From Octopus vulgaris (taxonomy: Eukaryota), in contig OX597816.1 of NCBI GenBank assembly GCA_951406725.2, positions 22,754,001 to 22,818,000 of the forward strand: 64,000 nt of DNA, read 5' to 3'. This document shows positions 1 through 13,552 of this stretch, piece after piece. The notes below the pieces were generated by a model. It saw nothing but the letters and a program-made list of their open reading frames with translations. It was not told the origin of the DNA and searched no databases. Position numbers and translations under genes: made by a program. Positions within the stretch are counted from its first letter, which is position 1. Each line of letters begins with the position of its first letter.

Positions 1-497
1 GGTCTGAACTTCATTTTCATTCACATATTTGCATTTCAAAAAATTAACATAATCTTTTGCATAAATCAACTATCATAAACACATACACACCCGCAAGTAC
101 GCACGTACGCACACACACACACACACGCGCGCGTATATTTCATATATGCTCTCTGCAAATAAAATGGTTACGGATATAACTGCTTACAAAAATAGGGATT
201 AATTTATAATTTCTTTCTATGTTCAAAATTAAATCAAAGTTTTAATGTTTAGACAGAGGTCCAATAGAATAGCTCTTAGAAACAGACGGCGAAAAAATTC
301 GTTCTTCACAACTCTTGAAACTGTTTTCTGACAAGGGGGTTGGGGAGTCAGGAAATGTTCATACAACTGGAGGGTCCAATCGAAACTGGGGACCCGAAAT
401 GATAAGGTTGAGAAACACTGTTATAGATTATGCCTAACCGAAGACGATGACAGCCACATCATCCAAACAGACCGGGTAAAACTGTGATTAGCTGCTA

Positions 498-538
<41 letters not shown>

Positions 539-1983
539 CTCACACACATATATGTACAATATGCCTTCTATGTACAGTTAGACGTACGAATGCTGTCGTT
601 GAGAGGAGACACTCACATTGTCTACCACCACCCAGTCTGCTTCAAGTATAATGGTTTGGCGCCTAGTGTACTTAGTATTACGAGTTATAATATTCAAAAT
701 AAATGACGGGAAATGTACGACGAACACAACTTTATGATTTTTTCCAATATAAGTACAAGGTGTAAATTTGTGTTCATCGTAATTTGTCACTCACACACAC
801 ATACACATCCTGTACCAAAATGCTATCGGCGTAGTAAGACAAGCAGCTTGCGGCTAAAATAGGACTAGCCTTATCAACTAATGGCACTAGTTTTCCGTCA
901 TTTTTAAAATTTGTACCTCTTATAACCGATAAGCGCACTGGAGCACATAGAAAATTATGAAGAGAAATTTCAATTGGAAGAAGACCGAAAAATCATTGCA
1001 AACAGCTAATAAATCACATGTTTATATATATGAGACTAAATCTTATTAGATAAGAAATGAATTAATTTTTTGTTCCATAATTGCGAATCGAATAGTCACT
1101 ATCAAAACTCAATATACTAGTGGTATTTGTGTGTTTACGTACTTTGTACCAAGTGGTTTTATCCTATGTACGTCCAATCAATACACATTCTTTGAAATAT
1201 TTGCTTCACTTACCACCACAACTACTGCCATCACCACTTCATGACACACATACAGATATTCCATTCTGCGTCTATGTACACTTATTGTATTCCCTCTGTA
1301 TCGTAGCAGTACACTCTTTATCGACCTTGTTCTGTCAACAGTCCTGACAATCAAACAATGAGCAGTTGATTGCCACGTTTAATAGACCTCATCTTTAGCG
1401 CATTGCCTTTAATAAATTGCTACATTTGGTAAGTACTGCCAAAAATTGATGGCAGTTGCTCTTCGTGAATTTATATTTCGAGACGTGTTTGTCAATATTA
1501 TTTGAAATTTGTGTTTGTCATAGCTGAGGTTCTCTATGTGTGTATAGAAGAACAGGAAAAGGATAGGAAGAGGTGAAGGGAGCGAGAGTGGCATTTCATG
1601 TGTATTAGTGTGCATAAGAGATTGTATTTGATTCGTGTATATGCGGGTACACGCCTCTATGATTATGACTTTTATTAAAGCAATGTAGGTCGTTCGAAAT
1701 ATAATGAGTACAGTTAGGCACAAGCAAAACAATTACCAACTGATATGCATTAAAGAAATACTGCCAAAGTTTGTGTGTGTGTATGTAAAAAATGTCTCGT
1801 ACTATCATTCTCAGTGTCGCCATAATTGTAAAGTGGTTATATTTTATATTTTTTGTTTCGGTAAAGATATTTTTATAACATCAAGCCAAGTTGTAATTAT
1901 GTGTAATACATAAGAACAGTTCTACACACATACACACAAACACGCATATAGATATATAAACAATATTTGAAGAATATACATAA

Positions 1984-2029
<46 letters not shown>

Positions 2030-2072
2030 GTATATATGTATATATATGTATATATGTATATATATGTATATA

Positions 2073-2122
<50 letters not shown>

Positions 2123-2276
2123 ATGTTACATTACTCGGTAGTCAAGATAAAACTCTGAGTTTCAGATGCCGAAGTGGAAATCCACAACACCATCTCTTCG
2201 GTTATCTGGCTATTTGAAAACGTTATGAAAAAATACCGTTAAAAATGAAGGGAAATTACTCTGTTAGAACTCTGCT

Positions 2277-2951
2277 TTGCCTGCGTACTTATACATCGCT
2301 CGCATTTTTCGTCATAAAAATTATATAAATATAGGTAAATATTTCCTAGCACTGATAGATAGACATTTTCCAGTTAACCATGCTTATAGGAAACTCTTCA
2401 ATAGACACAATTTAAAAATTAGTTTTAGTTCAACTACCAATTTTAAAAACATAATCAATCATAACATACAAAAAACACAAGAAGAAAACAGCTGTTCATG
2501 CAGGAATAAAGAATTGTGCCCGCTAAATGGAGCTTGCATGTCCAAGACCATCATATATGAAGCTACCGTAAACTCTATAACCACTAAAGACACCGTTTCG
2601 ACGAAGAAATACGTGGGCCTGACAGAGGGTAATTTCAAGGCCAGGTTCAATAACCACACTTTGAGCTTTAGGCACTGGAACAAAAGAAAAGCGACACAAT
2701 TATCCAATCATATTTGGTCTTTAAGAGATAAAGGTGTCGATTATAACATACAATGGAAGATTTTGGCCAGATGTAAGCCCTACACTAACGGCAGCGGAAG
2801 GTGCGGTTTATGCGACATGGAGAGATGGCTTATCTGGAAAAGCAGCTTAGACCCTACCACATGTCTAAATACAAGGACAGAGCTTTTCGGATCATGCCCA
2901 CGTGTGACTAAATTTCTGTTACGTTTTTGGTCCCCTAAAGAAAACGGATAG
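2277..2951 (+). CDS. C-terminal GIY-YIG endonuclease of a Penelope-like element (5'-truncated; first ~17 codons come from the inverted pLTR)
   Basis: CSC..CPLNGAC linker, IIYEATV...KYVGLT, FKARFNNH, HIW..L, WKIL, CGLC..E, LNTRTE..CP motifs typical of Penelope/Poseidon EN domains. Confidence 0.85.
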   Translation: MPAYLYIARIFRHKNYINIGKYFLALIDRHFPVNHAYRKLFNRHNLKISFSSTTNFKNIINHNIQKTQEENSCSCRNKELCPLNGACMSKTIIYEATVNSITTKDTVSTKKYVGLTEGNFKARFNNHTLSFRHWNKRKATQLSNHIWSLRDKGVDYNIQWKILARCKPYTNGSGRCGLCDMERWLIWKSSLDPTTCLNTRTELFGSCPRVTKFLLRFWSPKENG

Positions 2952-3145
2952 AACATGCTTTCTGTGTTATGTCCCAAGAAGATTTTATATATTTTTATAT
3001 ATTTTTATATATTTTTATGTATTTTTATATAATTTTTATGACGAAAAATGCGAGCGATGTATAAGTACGCAGGCAAAGCAGAGTTATAACAGAGTAATTT
3101 CCCTTCATTTTTAACGGTATTTTTTCATAACGTTTTCAAATAGCC

Positions 3146-3208
3146 AGATAACCGAAGAGATGGTGTTGTGGATTTCCACTTCGGCATCTGAAACTCAGAG
3201 TTTTATCT
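3146..3208 (+). ncRNA. Hammerhead-like motif (type I, variant core) in Penelope pLTR; mirror copy on minus strand at ~2145-2207
   Basis: Stem I agataa/ttatct, core CCGAAGA, stem II gatg..gtgga/tccac..catc, GAAA, short stem III ACT-CAG-AGT then T. Confidence 0.55.
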
Positions 3209-3318
3209 TGACTACCGAGTAATGTAACATATTGTATAGATAAATTTCCTCTATTTACATAATATTGAGGTCTCTTTCTTTCTTTTGTTATCTTACCGTT
3301 TTATCAATATATATATAC

Positions 3319-3371
<53 letters not shown>

Positions 3372-3445
3372 TCCCGGGTTGAGTCGGGGTTAACCACAGT
3401 AAATAAGGTACTATATATATATTTATATATATATATATGTATATA

Positions 3446-3496
<51 letters not shown>

Positions 3497-3497
3497 G

Positions 3498-3715
3498 TGT
3501 ATAAACTACACGTGAATTGTTGGCGAGTTTTTTCTCCTTTCTTTTCTCCTGGACTTTCCCATGTCTCCTGTTTCCGAAGAAGAGCTATGCTCGAAACGTA
3601 AAACAAACATTATTTTCTTCCTTGAGCGTCTTATTAATACTTTTCATGTCTTACGTCCCGGCGTTGTTGCTTTTTCTTGTCTCTTTCATTTTTCACTGTT
3701 TTTTAATCAACTATA
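3498..3715 (+). mobile_element. Non-coding Penelope-type pLTR fragment with minimal hammerhead at 3569-3605
   Basis: tgttt-CCGAAGA-a-gagc-tat-gctc-GAAACGTA-aaaca. Homologous to 6870-7070 and related to 16180-16345. Confidence 0.65.
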
Positions 3716-3990
3716 TATAGTAAAATAAGGATGCAAACAGAATCCCGTACCCCATCCTACCAAAGAACCAGTCTAGCTGACTCCTATCTCACCCGGGTCG
3801 CTGACTTAAATATCGTGCTGACTTAAATATCGTATTACAACCTGCCAAAAATATTCTTAACCTATTCCCCTAATGCCCACAACGGTCAACTTTGTTGGTC
3901 ATTCTTCCATTTCATAGTTAGCCTCGACAAACTTCAGTCACATACCTGCTCTATTCTTGGGATTTTTCTTTTGTTTTGTAAAATTAAATT

Positions 3991-4072
3991 TCACCTGATG
4001 ATTACGGTTTTTTGGAATGAAGTAATGTCCTCATTCTTCTTTTAAACAATGCGTCAGAAACAGCTTTAATGA
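3991..4072 (+). ncRNA. Decayed hammerhead-like motif
   Basis: CTGATGA (3995), ttacg/cgtca stem II with long loop, GAAACAGCT(t)TA, resembling GAAACAGCTGTA at 36529-36580. Confidence 0.35.
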
Positions 4073-4145
4073 GCTGACAATTATCCATCGTCTTTTATTA
4101 TCCATTTGATTATATATATGTTTACGTATATATACGCAAATATAT

Positions 4146-4490
4146 GAAGGCGTATGGCTCAGTGGTTAGAGCGTCGAGCTTACGATCGTGAGGTTGTGAG
4201 CTCGAATCCTGGACCGGGCTGCGTGTTGTGTTCTTGAGCAAGGCACTTTATTTCACGTTGCTCCAGTTCACTCAGCAGTAGAAATGAGTTGCGACGTCAC
4301 AGGTGCCAAGCTGTATCGACCTTTATCTTTCCCCTGGATAACATCGATGGTGTGGAGAGGGGAGGCTGGTATGCATGGGCGACCGCTGGTCTTCCATAAA
4401 CAACCTTGCCCGGACTTGTGTCTAGGAGGGTAACTTTCTAGGTGCAATCCCATGGTCACTCATGACCGAAGGGGGGTCTTTATCCTCTTT
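4146..4490 (+). mobile_element. tRNA-derived SINE, CORE-like family (family C)
   Basis: A box TGGCTCAGTGG, B-box-like GCTCGAATCC, CORE-like TTCTTGAGCAAGGCACTT. Near-identical copy at 32193. Confidence 0.85.
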
Positions 4491-4668
4491 ACGCAAATGT
4501 CGAACGATGACAATGAGTGTTCGACACCGCATTGTTGGATAGAAATTCTTTATTTGTGTATTAAGTTACCATTAGTTTCAGGTTAAGAAAAATACATAAA
4601 TATCTTAATACTTTAACAATTTTTCAAGCTGATCACATGGAGGAATGGCGTTCGTCTCCATTTTTGAC

Positions 4669-4732
<64 letters not shown>

Positions 4733-5271
4733 ATATAAATATGTATACACGGGGTCGGGACTACTGATGTTCATTTATATTTATGTGTCTTTTTTCTTTG
4801 GAAGTGTCTGCGTGTGTCTTTAAATTCTAAAATACTAATCGTTTTTTCCAGTGAATCTTGAAATGGGTTTTATGCAGCAATGGGTACAAAAATATAGAAA
4901 TAGGAACTTAACATGTAAGGGCAAGTCACTCCCCTTAGATATTCATGACACCCTTCATGTGAAGAGCTTCAAGAAAATTTAGTCTTAAAAATTGGGAATC
5001 AATGATAGTATTGAGCAGAAAGTTATAATTAATTATTCACTTATATTTTATTAATTTATTTGTTAAGTAGTTAGTGATGCAACGAGTAACAAATATACTG
5101 TACTGTTCAAAATGCGTTATATATAACTTCTCTAATAAAGAAAAATGACATTCTCTCTCTATATATATATAAATATATATCAATATAATTAAATATGCAT
5201 ATTCACTCAATTATTGGGTGTCAGCATAATTGGAATATCGAACAATATTATTTAACCAAATGTATATTAAA

Positions 5272-5669
5272 CTAGCAGTATCGACCGGCGTTGTTCGGGT
5301 TTGTAAGGGAAATAACTATATAAGCATTTTTAGAGAGTTATAGCCAAAAAATAGCAAAAAAATGCATTAAAAATGGAAAAAAATTATGGTAATTTTTTTT
5401 TTAAATCGTTGACTCATCGTAGACATTTTAAGAGAGTTACTTCCCTTATATAATAGCGAAAAAATGCATTAAAATGGGGAAAACATGATGGTAAACTTTT
5501 TTTTAAATCGTAAACTCATCGTAGACGCGCGCTAATACTCAGAAGGGCTCGATATGAATCACGACTATAAGATAACCGGTTTTGGTTAAACTGCACCGCA
5601 AAATGTGGGAGTAGTTATGAATCTAAATCGTAGGAGACAGACACACAACTTCACTTTTATATATAAAGA
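5272..5669 (-). mobile_element. Non-autonomous Helitron-like element
   Basis: Minus strand starts TC (a|tctttatatataaaag) and ends in a GC-rich hairpin followed by ctgCTAG|t. Shares 3' part with 9359-9736 and 46018-46395. Confidence 0.75.
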
Positions 5670-6869
5670 TTACGTCGTGTACAAAAATCTTTTCTTTTTT
5701 GTCAAACTTATTGACTCATATTTTGTTTTCTTCTGCAATTATGAAAGACAACTTCTAACATATTCCTTCTAACATATTCCTATCCTATTTTGGCATCATC
5801 AGCAAAGTATATAGTGCACCATAATTTGCTAGTTTATGGTGGTGTGCAATATTGAAGACATGAAAACAGAATTATGCCTGGAATGGTCTACCGCACTTTC
5901 CAGTAAAAAAAATGGAAAAAATAATATCAGTCTTTCTAATAATATTTTTTATTCTTCACCGCATATGTTATTCTACTTTAGATGGCTAATGCTCCAGCCA
6001 TTAAATATAATGGTACTTTCTTATCTATTGTTTATCATACGCTTCATGTCTCATAATTGCTTAAATTCTAATATACATATACAGCTTTCGCCTAAAGTAT
6101 TTAGTAGGAATGAATCACAAATTTAACGATGTATTACGGATATAACTAAAGCAATAATATTAGCACAATGACCGGAACGGTACGATATTATATTGCCAGA
6201 GCTGGTTGAAAAAAAATAACCTCATATATATCGTAAAATATGTCTGTCGTGAGTAGTGTTGTGTAAGTCACAAGTTCTTTCGAATATGAAATTAGAGTCT
6301 ATTTAAACGCTTATCACATACAAACATAGAAAATTTTACAAACACGCATGGAGGCTTTTACACAGTATAGGTAAGAAGTTTTGAATACATGTCTTTGAAT
6401 ACACACACGAAAAATAGTATTGAAAAATAATAAAAGTTAAGTGATAAGAATTTTCCGTAGATTTGTTTGGGTTTATTTTCATCAATTCAATTTGGTAAGG
6501 GAAAAGTTTTACAACTGTTATAAATATTCAGCAGCATGAACATACATACGTTTTCAAGTGAAATAAGCACGTATTACTATTCAATTGAAATACACGAATA
6601 CAATTATATGTGTGAAAGAGGAGAGGAAAAATACCTAGTTCTACTTAAAATAGCAGGCAAAAGATCCTGATATTTACACCCAAAACATCTTCCACAATAC
6701 TCAGACTCTATAATGAGACACATCAGAGCAAAAACAAAGATACACAAGTGTAGACATAGATCATATTTATCAAATGACTATTCGATCGCGGTAGATATGC
6801 AAGAATGCAAAAACAAAACTTTCATGCGATCATGCATAAAAGGGACACACAAAAGGGAGTCACCCATGT

Positions 6870-7070
6870 AACCACATGTGAATCGTTGGCGATTTTTCCC
6901 CTCCGTCTTCCTTTTCTATTGGACTTTCCTCTGTTTCTGAAAAAGAGTTCTGCTCAAAATGTTAAACCATCTTTCTTTCCTTCCCTGAGCGTCTGCTAAT
7001 ACTTCACATGTACCACGTCCTCGCGTTCTTGTTTTTCTTTTGTGCTCTTTCTTCGTGTTTTGGATTTACA
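6870..7070 (+). mobile_element. Second copy of the 3498-3715 pLTR-like element; hammerhead at 6933-6967 decayed
   Basis: Aligns by eye to 3505-3700. gttt-CTGAAAA-agagttctgctc-AAAATGTT-aaac corresponds to the motif with CGAAACG changed to CAAAATG (CpG-type transitions). Confidence 0.6.
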
Positions 7071-7082
7071 ATACATACATAG

Positions 7083-7113
<31 letters not shown>

Positions 7114-7114
7114 C

Positions 7115-7147
<33 letters not shown>

Positions 7148-7170
7148 CATATATATACATACATACATGC

Positions 7171-7203
<33 letters not shown>

Positions 7204-7204
7204 C

Positions 7205-7377
7205 CGGAGTAAACACATAAATGTGAAACAAGGTGGAAAAAAGACTACTCAAATACCAGTGGTAGAGTACTATGCTTTATTTAAAGCAGCAGAAAATTCA
7301 ACAAAACCTGTTACTCTGAATTTCCCAGAAACTCAGAGTAACAGGTTTTGGTGAATTTTCTGCTGCTTTAAATAAAG

Positions 7378-7381
<4 letters not shown>
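7205..7381. mobile_element. Asymmetric fold-back mini-element (inverted pLTR type) in (TA)n
   Basis: Arms 7271-7323 / 7328-7381 plus unpaired tail 7205-7270. The fold centre abuts GAAACTCAGAGTA, the 3' half of a hammerhead. Confidence 0.7.
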
Positions 7382-7445
<64 letters not shown>

Positions 7446-7447
<2 letters not shown>

Positions 7448-8036
7448 AATTAAGGACTGAACACGAAAAAGTGGACAGTCAACATGCTAGATATAGACGT
7501 CAAATCGCCATTCTCCACAAAAAGTCTATGTTCTCAGATCAAACTCAACACAAAACCAAAACAATAAACAAGTGAAAAATATACGAAATAAATATTTACC
7601 CATGTACTAAATTCAGTTTCGGCTGTTATTTTCCGCAAGGAAAAGTGCAGCCATCATCAGCATGGTCCCATATAAAATGTAATTTGCTGTACTAAATGCC
7701 AACACGATACCGAAATATCGCGTGCATGGAGTACGGCCTATTACATTTGAAATATATATTTCAAATGTCTCTAATTTTGGCGCGATGAGACCCGAGAAAA
7801 CTAGCCTGCAGCTAATAGTTAGCAGCAGTTAATTTATCGGTTAGAGAACAAATATTTATATAACATTAAATTTAGGGTAAAAATTGATATTTATCAATTA
7901 GAACCAGTGGTCTAGCATATTAAAGAAAGAATCCGAAGATTAAAATATTTATATATACCAATTAAGGACTGAACACGAAAAAGTGGACAGTCAACATGCT
8001 AGATATAGACGTCAAATCGCCATTCTCCACAAAAAG

Positions 8037-8037
<1 letters not shown>
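7446..8037 (-). mobile_element. Retrozyme-like non-coding unit: 512-nt monomer with 80-bp terminal direct repeat and a hammerhead
   Basis: 7446-7525 is identical to 7958-8037. Flanked by (TA)n. No ORF in track. Canonical hammerhead inside. Confidence 0.7.
7600..7665 (-). ncRNA. Type I hammerhead ribozyme (canonical core)
   Basis: Minus strand: CCATG-CTGATGA-T-GGCTG-(loop)-CAGCC-GAAA-CTGAATTTA-GTA-CATGG. Stems I and II are perfect. Predicted GUA cleavage between 7605 and 7604. Confidence 0.8.
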
Positions 8038-8088
<51 letters not shown>

Positions 8089-8260
8089 TATATGTACACA
8101 TCAGTGTGTCTGTATGCGTAAGCCGTTGATGAGTTTCAAAATAGGATGATATGGTCACAAGCTGCGAAGACTCATTATAGTTGGACAACTGAAAGAGTAC
8201 TTGCGTGACTTAACACACAGAAGCCAGTCTGTAGTCTATTGATGTTCTCCTTGAGTTGCA

Positions 8261-8716
8261 CAGGGTCTCCGGTTTGTTGACGTAAACCCTCTCTTTCTGG
8301 TATTCCCACAAGACAAAATCGCGCTAGTCATGTCTGGAGAACGTGAAGGTCATTGAAATTAGACCTCACATATGTTTCCAGCAATATGTGGCAACAGCTC
8401 ATACCGCAAGAGGAGCAATGCAGTTGCTTCGGCAGTGTTTTGGAGAGAGAATAATCTCCCGCTACGGCAATGCCAGCTGGCCTTTACGCTTGAAGGTGAT
8501 CTGGTGTAAGTTTTGGAAAGAGCAGGGGCGTGCGAAGCCTAAAATGGCTGTCATTTAAGCGATATCAGTTTTCATATGTGATGGAGTGTTTTTGCAAAAT
8601 TTGACTCATGTATATTAATTTCCATTAGGTCCTTTAAATTGTATCAAAATTTCAGGCATTTGTAAAGTTAAGAAAATCATTAAAAGTTGAAACCCATGAG
8701 TTATTTTTGGGAGACC

Positions 8717-8719
<3 letters not shown>
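8261..8719 (+). mobile_element. Tc1/mariner-superfamily transposon remnant
   Basis: ORF fragment FQQ..ATAHTA....LL...FGERIISR.G..SWP. Right end gggagaccctg|TA, with matching cagggtctcc at 8261. Confidence 0.65.
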
Positions 8720-8758
<39 letters not shown>

Positions 8759-8764
<6 letters not shown>

Positions 8765-9241
8765 AAACAAGTCAAAAATAGAAAATGCTAAAATAATTTT
8801 ATAGTGAACATTTCAGTACCGGTTTCGGTCATTTTCAGACCTTTTCAACTGTAACGATTAAATAATTAAATTTACAAAAATTAGAAGAAAATTTTTTTAA
8901 AAGGAATATTTCTATAGTAGTGTTCAGATATAAGTGGCATTCTGCCTTTCTCTGACTCCCTTGTTTGCACTTGTGTGTTCGACCTCGAACACACAAGTGC
9001 AAACAAGGGAGTCAGAGAAAGGCAGAATGCCACTTATATCTGAACACTACTATAGAAATATTCCTTTTAAAAAAACTTTTCTTCTAATTTTTCTAAATTT
9101 AATTATTTAATCGTTACAGTTGAAAAGGTCTCAAAATGACCGAAACCGGTACTGAAATGTTCACTATAAAATTATTTTAGCATTTTCTATTTTTGACTTG
9201 TTTTTTCATATATATCAACTCGTGTGTTCCTTTTCACCCTT
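8759..9241. mobile_element. Near-perfect fold-back element (arms ~225 bp, 2-nt loop at 8983-8984) with tail, in (TA)n
   Basis: 8759-8982 is the reverse complement of 8985-9210. Extra tail 9215-9241. Minimal hammerhead variant cag-TTGAAAA-ggtc..gacc-GAAACCGGTA-ctg at 9117-9154. Confidence 0.8.
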
Positions 9242-10120
<879 letters not shown>

Positions 10121-10350
10121 TATATATATGTATTTGTGTGTCTGCGTTTGTCCCTACACCCCACCATCGCTTGGCAACCGATTTTGGTGTGTTTACGTCC
10201 CTGTAACTTAGCGGGTCGGCAAAACAGACCGATAGAATAAGTACCAATTTACAAAAGTATAAGTTCTGGGGTTGATATGTGCGACTAAAGTCGGTGCTCC
10301 AGCATGGCCGCAGTCAAAATGACTGAAACAAGTAAAAGAATAAAAGAAAA
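10121..10350 (+). mobile_element. SINE family A, 3' half
   Basis: Matches 3' half of 31431-31869 (…gtgctccagcatggccgcagtcaaa…gaaacaagtaaaaga). Confidence 0.8.
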
Positions 10351-10964
10351 AAATACAGGAGGATCAATTAATTATGATTTTATTCAATATATTCCATGCG
10401 CTAAGATTCACATTCTTACTGAAGCGGACCTTTTTTTTCTAAGCCCTGCAAAAGAATTCAGAATGGTGGGCCTCAAATCAGGCCTTTCGCGATAACTTTA
10501 AAATCAAAAACTTTCCCGAACTCCCTCGTCAAGTTTTCAATTATGTCAAAGAATTATTATAAACGTGCTTCCAAACATATTTCCCAGGCTTGTTATTCTT
10601 TCTTCATCCACCTCTTTTAAATGAATATAATTTCTAAAATTTCACAGAAATAGATTTCTTGCGATATAGAGTTCGATAATGTTGAGAAAAATTTATGAAA
10701 AATTTTTAAATTACGAAATTTGTGATAACAATTTGGTAATAATTATATATTCTACCAAATAATTTTCTATGCATAATCATAATATACAATCTGGATAATG
10801 TATTTTTGCAGAAACTACACTTTAAGAGATATGAATTGTAAAAAGAATTAAAGAGTTGGAAAGGCGGAGATTAATTCGAAACATTTCTGCAACATTTCTT
10901 CAAGAAGTATGCATTGCTCAAAAAGTTATGAAATCAGAGATATCAAAATTTAGTTATGGTTAGA

Positions 10965-11510
<546 letters not shown>

Positions 11511-11943
11511 AGAAATTATTTATTAAGCTATTTTTATTTAGTTTAAATTTATTCTTCTAAAACAACGGTAATGTATTTAGTTAGTTACTCGCATGTGTAT
11601 GCGCGCCCTCGTAAGCATGTGTGAGGTGCGTGTGGCGAGACGTGCGATGACGGTGTGTGCTGGGTGCGTGTATGTTTATTCTCTTATCTGTGTAAGTTAT
11701 ATAGACATAGTAATAAAGATAAAACAAATGGGTGTTTTGGAGATTTACAACATACGTTTCCGAACAAAAATTTTATTTCGAATGTAAGAATGTTATGTAA
11801 TTTGGCACATAATGTTATAAAACATTATACAACGTTATGCAAGATAGTTTTTTGATAAAGCTACACTTCGTCAGGTAATATTCCATCGAGGTATGTCATC
11901 AAGTCTTTAGTTTAATCTGACACTTCAGTGAAGGGATTCGTTT

Positions 11944-12308
11944 ATTATTTTACTTGTTTCAGTCATTTTAACTGTGACCATGCTGGAGCACCGCCTTTTA
12001 GTCAGAGAAATCGACCCCTGGACTTATTATTTGTAAGCCTTGTCTCTTTTGCCGAAGTACTAAGTTACGGGGACGTAAACGCACCAAGATCGGTTGTCAA
12101 GGGATGATGGAAGAGACACAGACACAAACACACAAATATATACATATATATACGACAGGCTTCTTCTAGTTTTCGTATACCAAATCCACTCACAAGGCTT
12201 TGGTCGTCCCGAGGCTACAGTAGAAGACAATTACCCTAAGTGCCACCCAGTACAACTGAACTCGGAACCATGTAGTTGGAAAGCAAGCTTCTTACCACAC
12301 AGCCACAC
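11944..12308 (-). mobile_element. SINE family A
   Basis: Reverse complement of 31431-31869 family. Confidence 0.85.
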
Positions 12309-13275
12309 TATATGTATAAAATGTTCAATTCAGGGAAGGTTATTGAAACCCTAACGGACAATGCCACCCCAATCAAATCCATTAATTTCCCAAGCAAACA
12401 AATCCCTTATATGCATTCTTCAACTTGAGAGTTGTCACAATCTAGTTCTTTAAACTTGAAATGAATTAGGGAGTTGATAATTTATTACCAAAGACAAGGG
12501 TTAATTGCAGTATGTATCACTATATCTTTAAGAATCGCTTTTTAACCTGACATGATACCAGGAGAATTGGTGTCCAAGAAAAACTTGACTTTTGTTAGAA
12601 TGTTAAAACAACAGGAAAGCGGAACATTATTTAAATATATGTGGGAATTATTATAGTTAGCTGCGAACATATGTAATTCTGGCAATGCCTAACCACGCAT
12701 GAGTGCATAAGGTCACAGACACGCAAGACTCGATACAAACAAGTGCGCCCTCATAGAAAGGTAGAGAGAGAAATTGCGATTAATTTGTGTTAATATTTTA
12801 CGAAAAATTTGAATTCGTGAAAATAACAGGAAAAACTATTCGGCAATAAAATAAACTAGGAGGAGCTAAACCGTCTTTAGAACTACCAAAAATGAAATAC
12901 CATGGCAGGGTGGGGGGATAATGTTAAACTACTTCTTATTAATATTTAAATCAGGAACAGCGATTAGATTATATTTAACCTTCTGCCTACCAACTGGTCC
13001 AATGGACCCATTTCGGTTTTTTTTTTTTTGGTATCTTTTTCCTACTGTAGATACTATTTGATTCTGCTGTTTTTCTTGTGACTCTTATTATTTTTGTTTT
13101 CTTTTTTAGTCTCTTTTATTTGTCAATTGGGGAATCGTCCATATGTTTATAAAAGCTAGAATATTTCTCTTTATACATTAATTACCGTATGGGTCCATTG
13201 GACCCGCGAATTAAATTCAAACAATACTTTTGTCATTCTAAACAATAAAAGCAATATCAAATATTATTTTCCTAG

Positions 13276-13482
13276 ATATGAGGATAAAATCCCTGGAGAA
13301 GGACATCATGCTTGGAATGGTCAGTGGCAAGAAAAGAAGAGGCCGACCAAAAACCCGCTGGCTTGACACCATCAAGAGTGATACCGGAATGGACATAGCC
13401 AGTCTGAAAGAAGCGGCCCAGGATAGAACTGACTGGAGGACACTGATCCATGGAGTAACCGAGAGTCGACTTCGACTGAGCG

Positions 13483-13518
<36 letters not shown>
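13276..13518 (+). mobile_element. RTE-clade LINE 3' end with (GATA)n tail
   Basis: SLEKDIMLGMVSGKKRRGRPKTRWLD...AQDRTDWRTLIHGV, the RTE/BovB-type C-terminus, followed directly by (GATA)n. Confidence 0.85.
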
Positions 13519-13552
13519 TTTATCAGATATAAAATAGATAAAATTGTATTCA

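Larger units (their letters stand above)
2115..3307 (+). mobile_element. Penelope-like retroelement, 5'-truncated, with inverted pseudo-LTR, inserted in (TA)n
   Basis: ~215-bp inverted repeat 2115-2329 / 3024-3238 (one mismatch seen) brackets a GIY-YIG coding segment. The right copy extends by a ~70-bp tail to 3307. (TA)n on both sides. Confidence 0.9.

Noticed and set aside
4146-4220. tRNA-like sequences at SINE 5' ends (also 33468, 44569, 9888, 31431)
   Set aside because: A/B boxes continue into repeated SINE bodies, some with TSDs; not standalone tRNA genes.
4268-4459. Repeated small ORF MTMGLHLESYPPRHK (also 32308-32490)
   Set aside because: Antisense reading of SINE family C; recurrence reflects repeat copies.
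12976-13210. Possible piggyBac-like end (TTAAcc…ggtccaatggaccc, with gggtccattggaccc downstream)
   Set aside because: No matching opposite terminus or TSD found.
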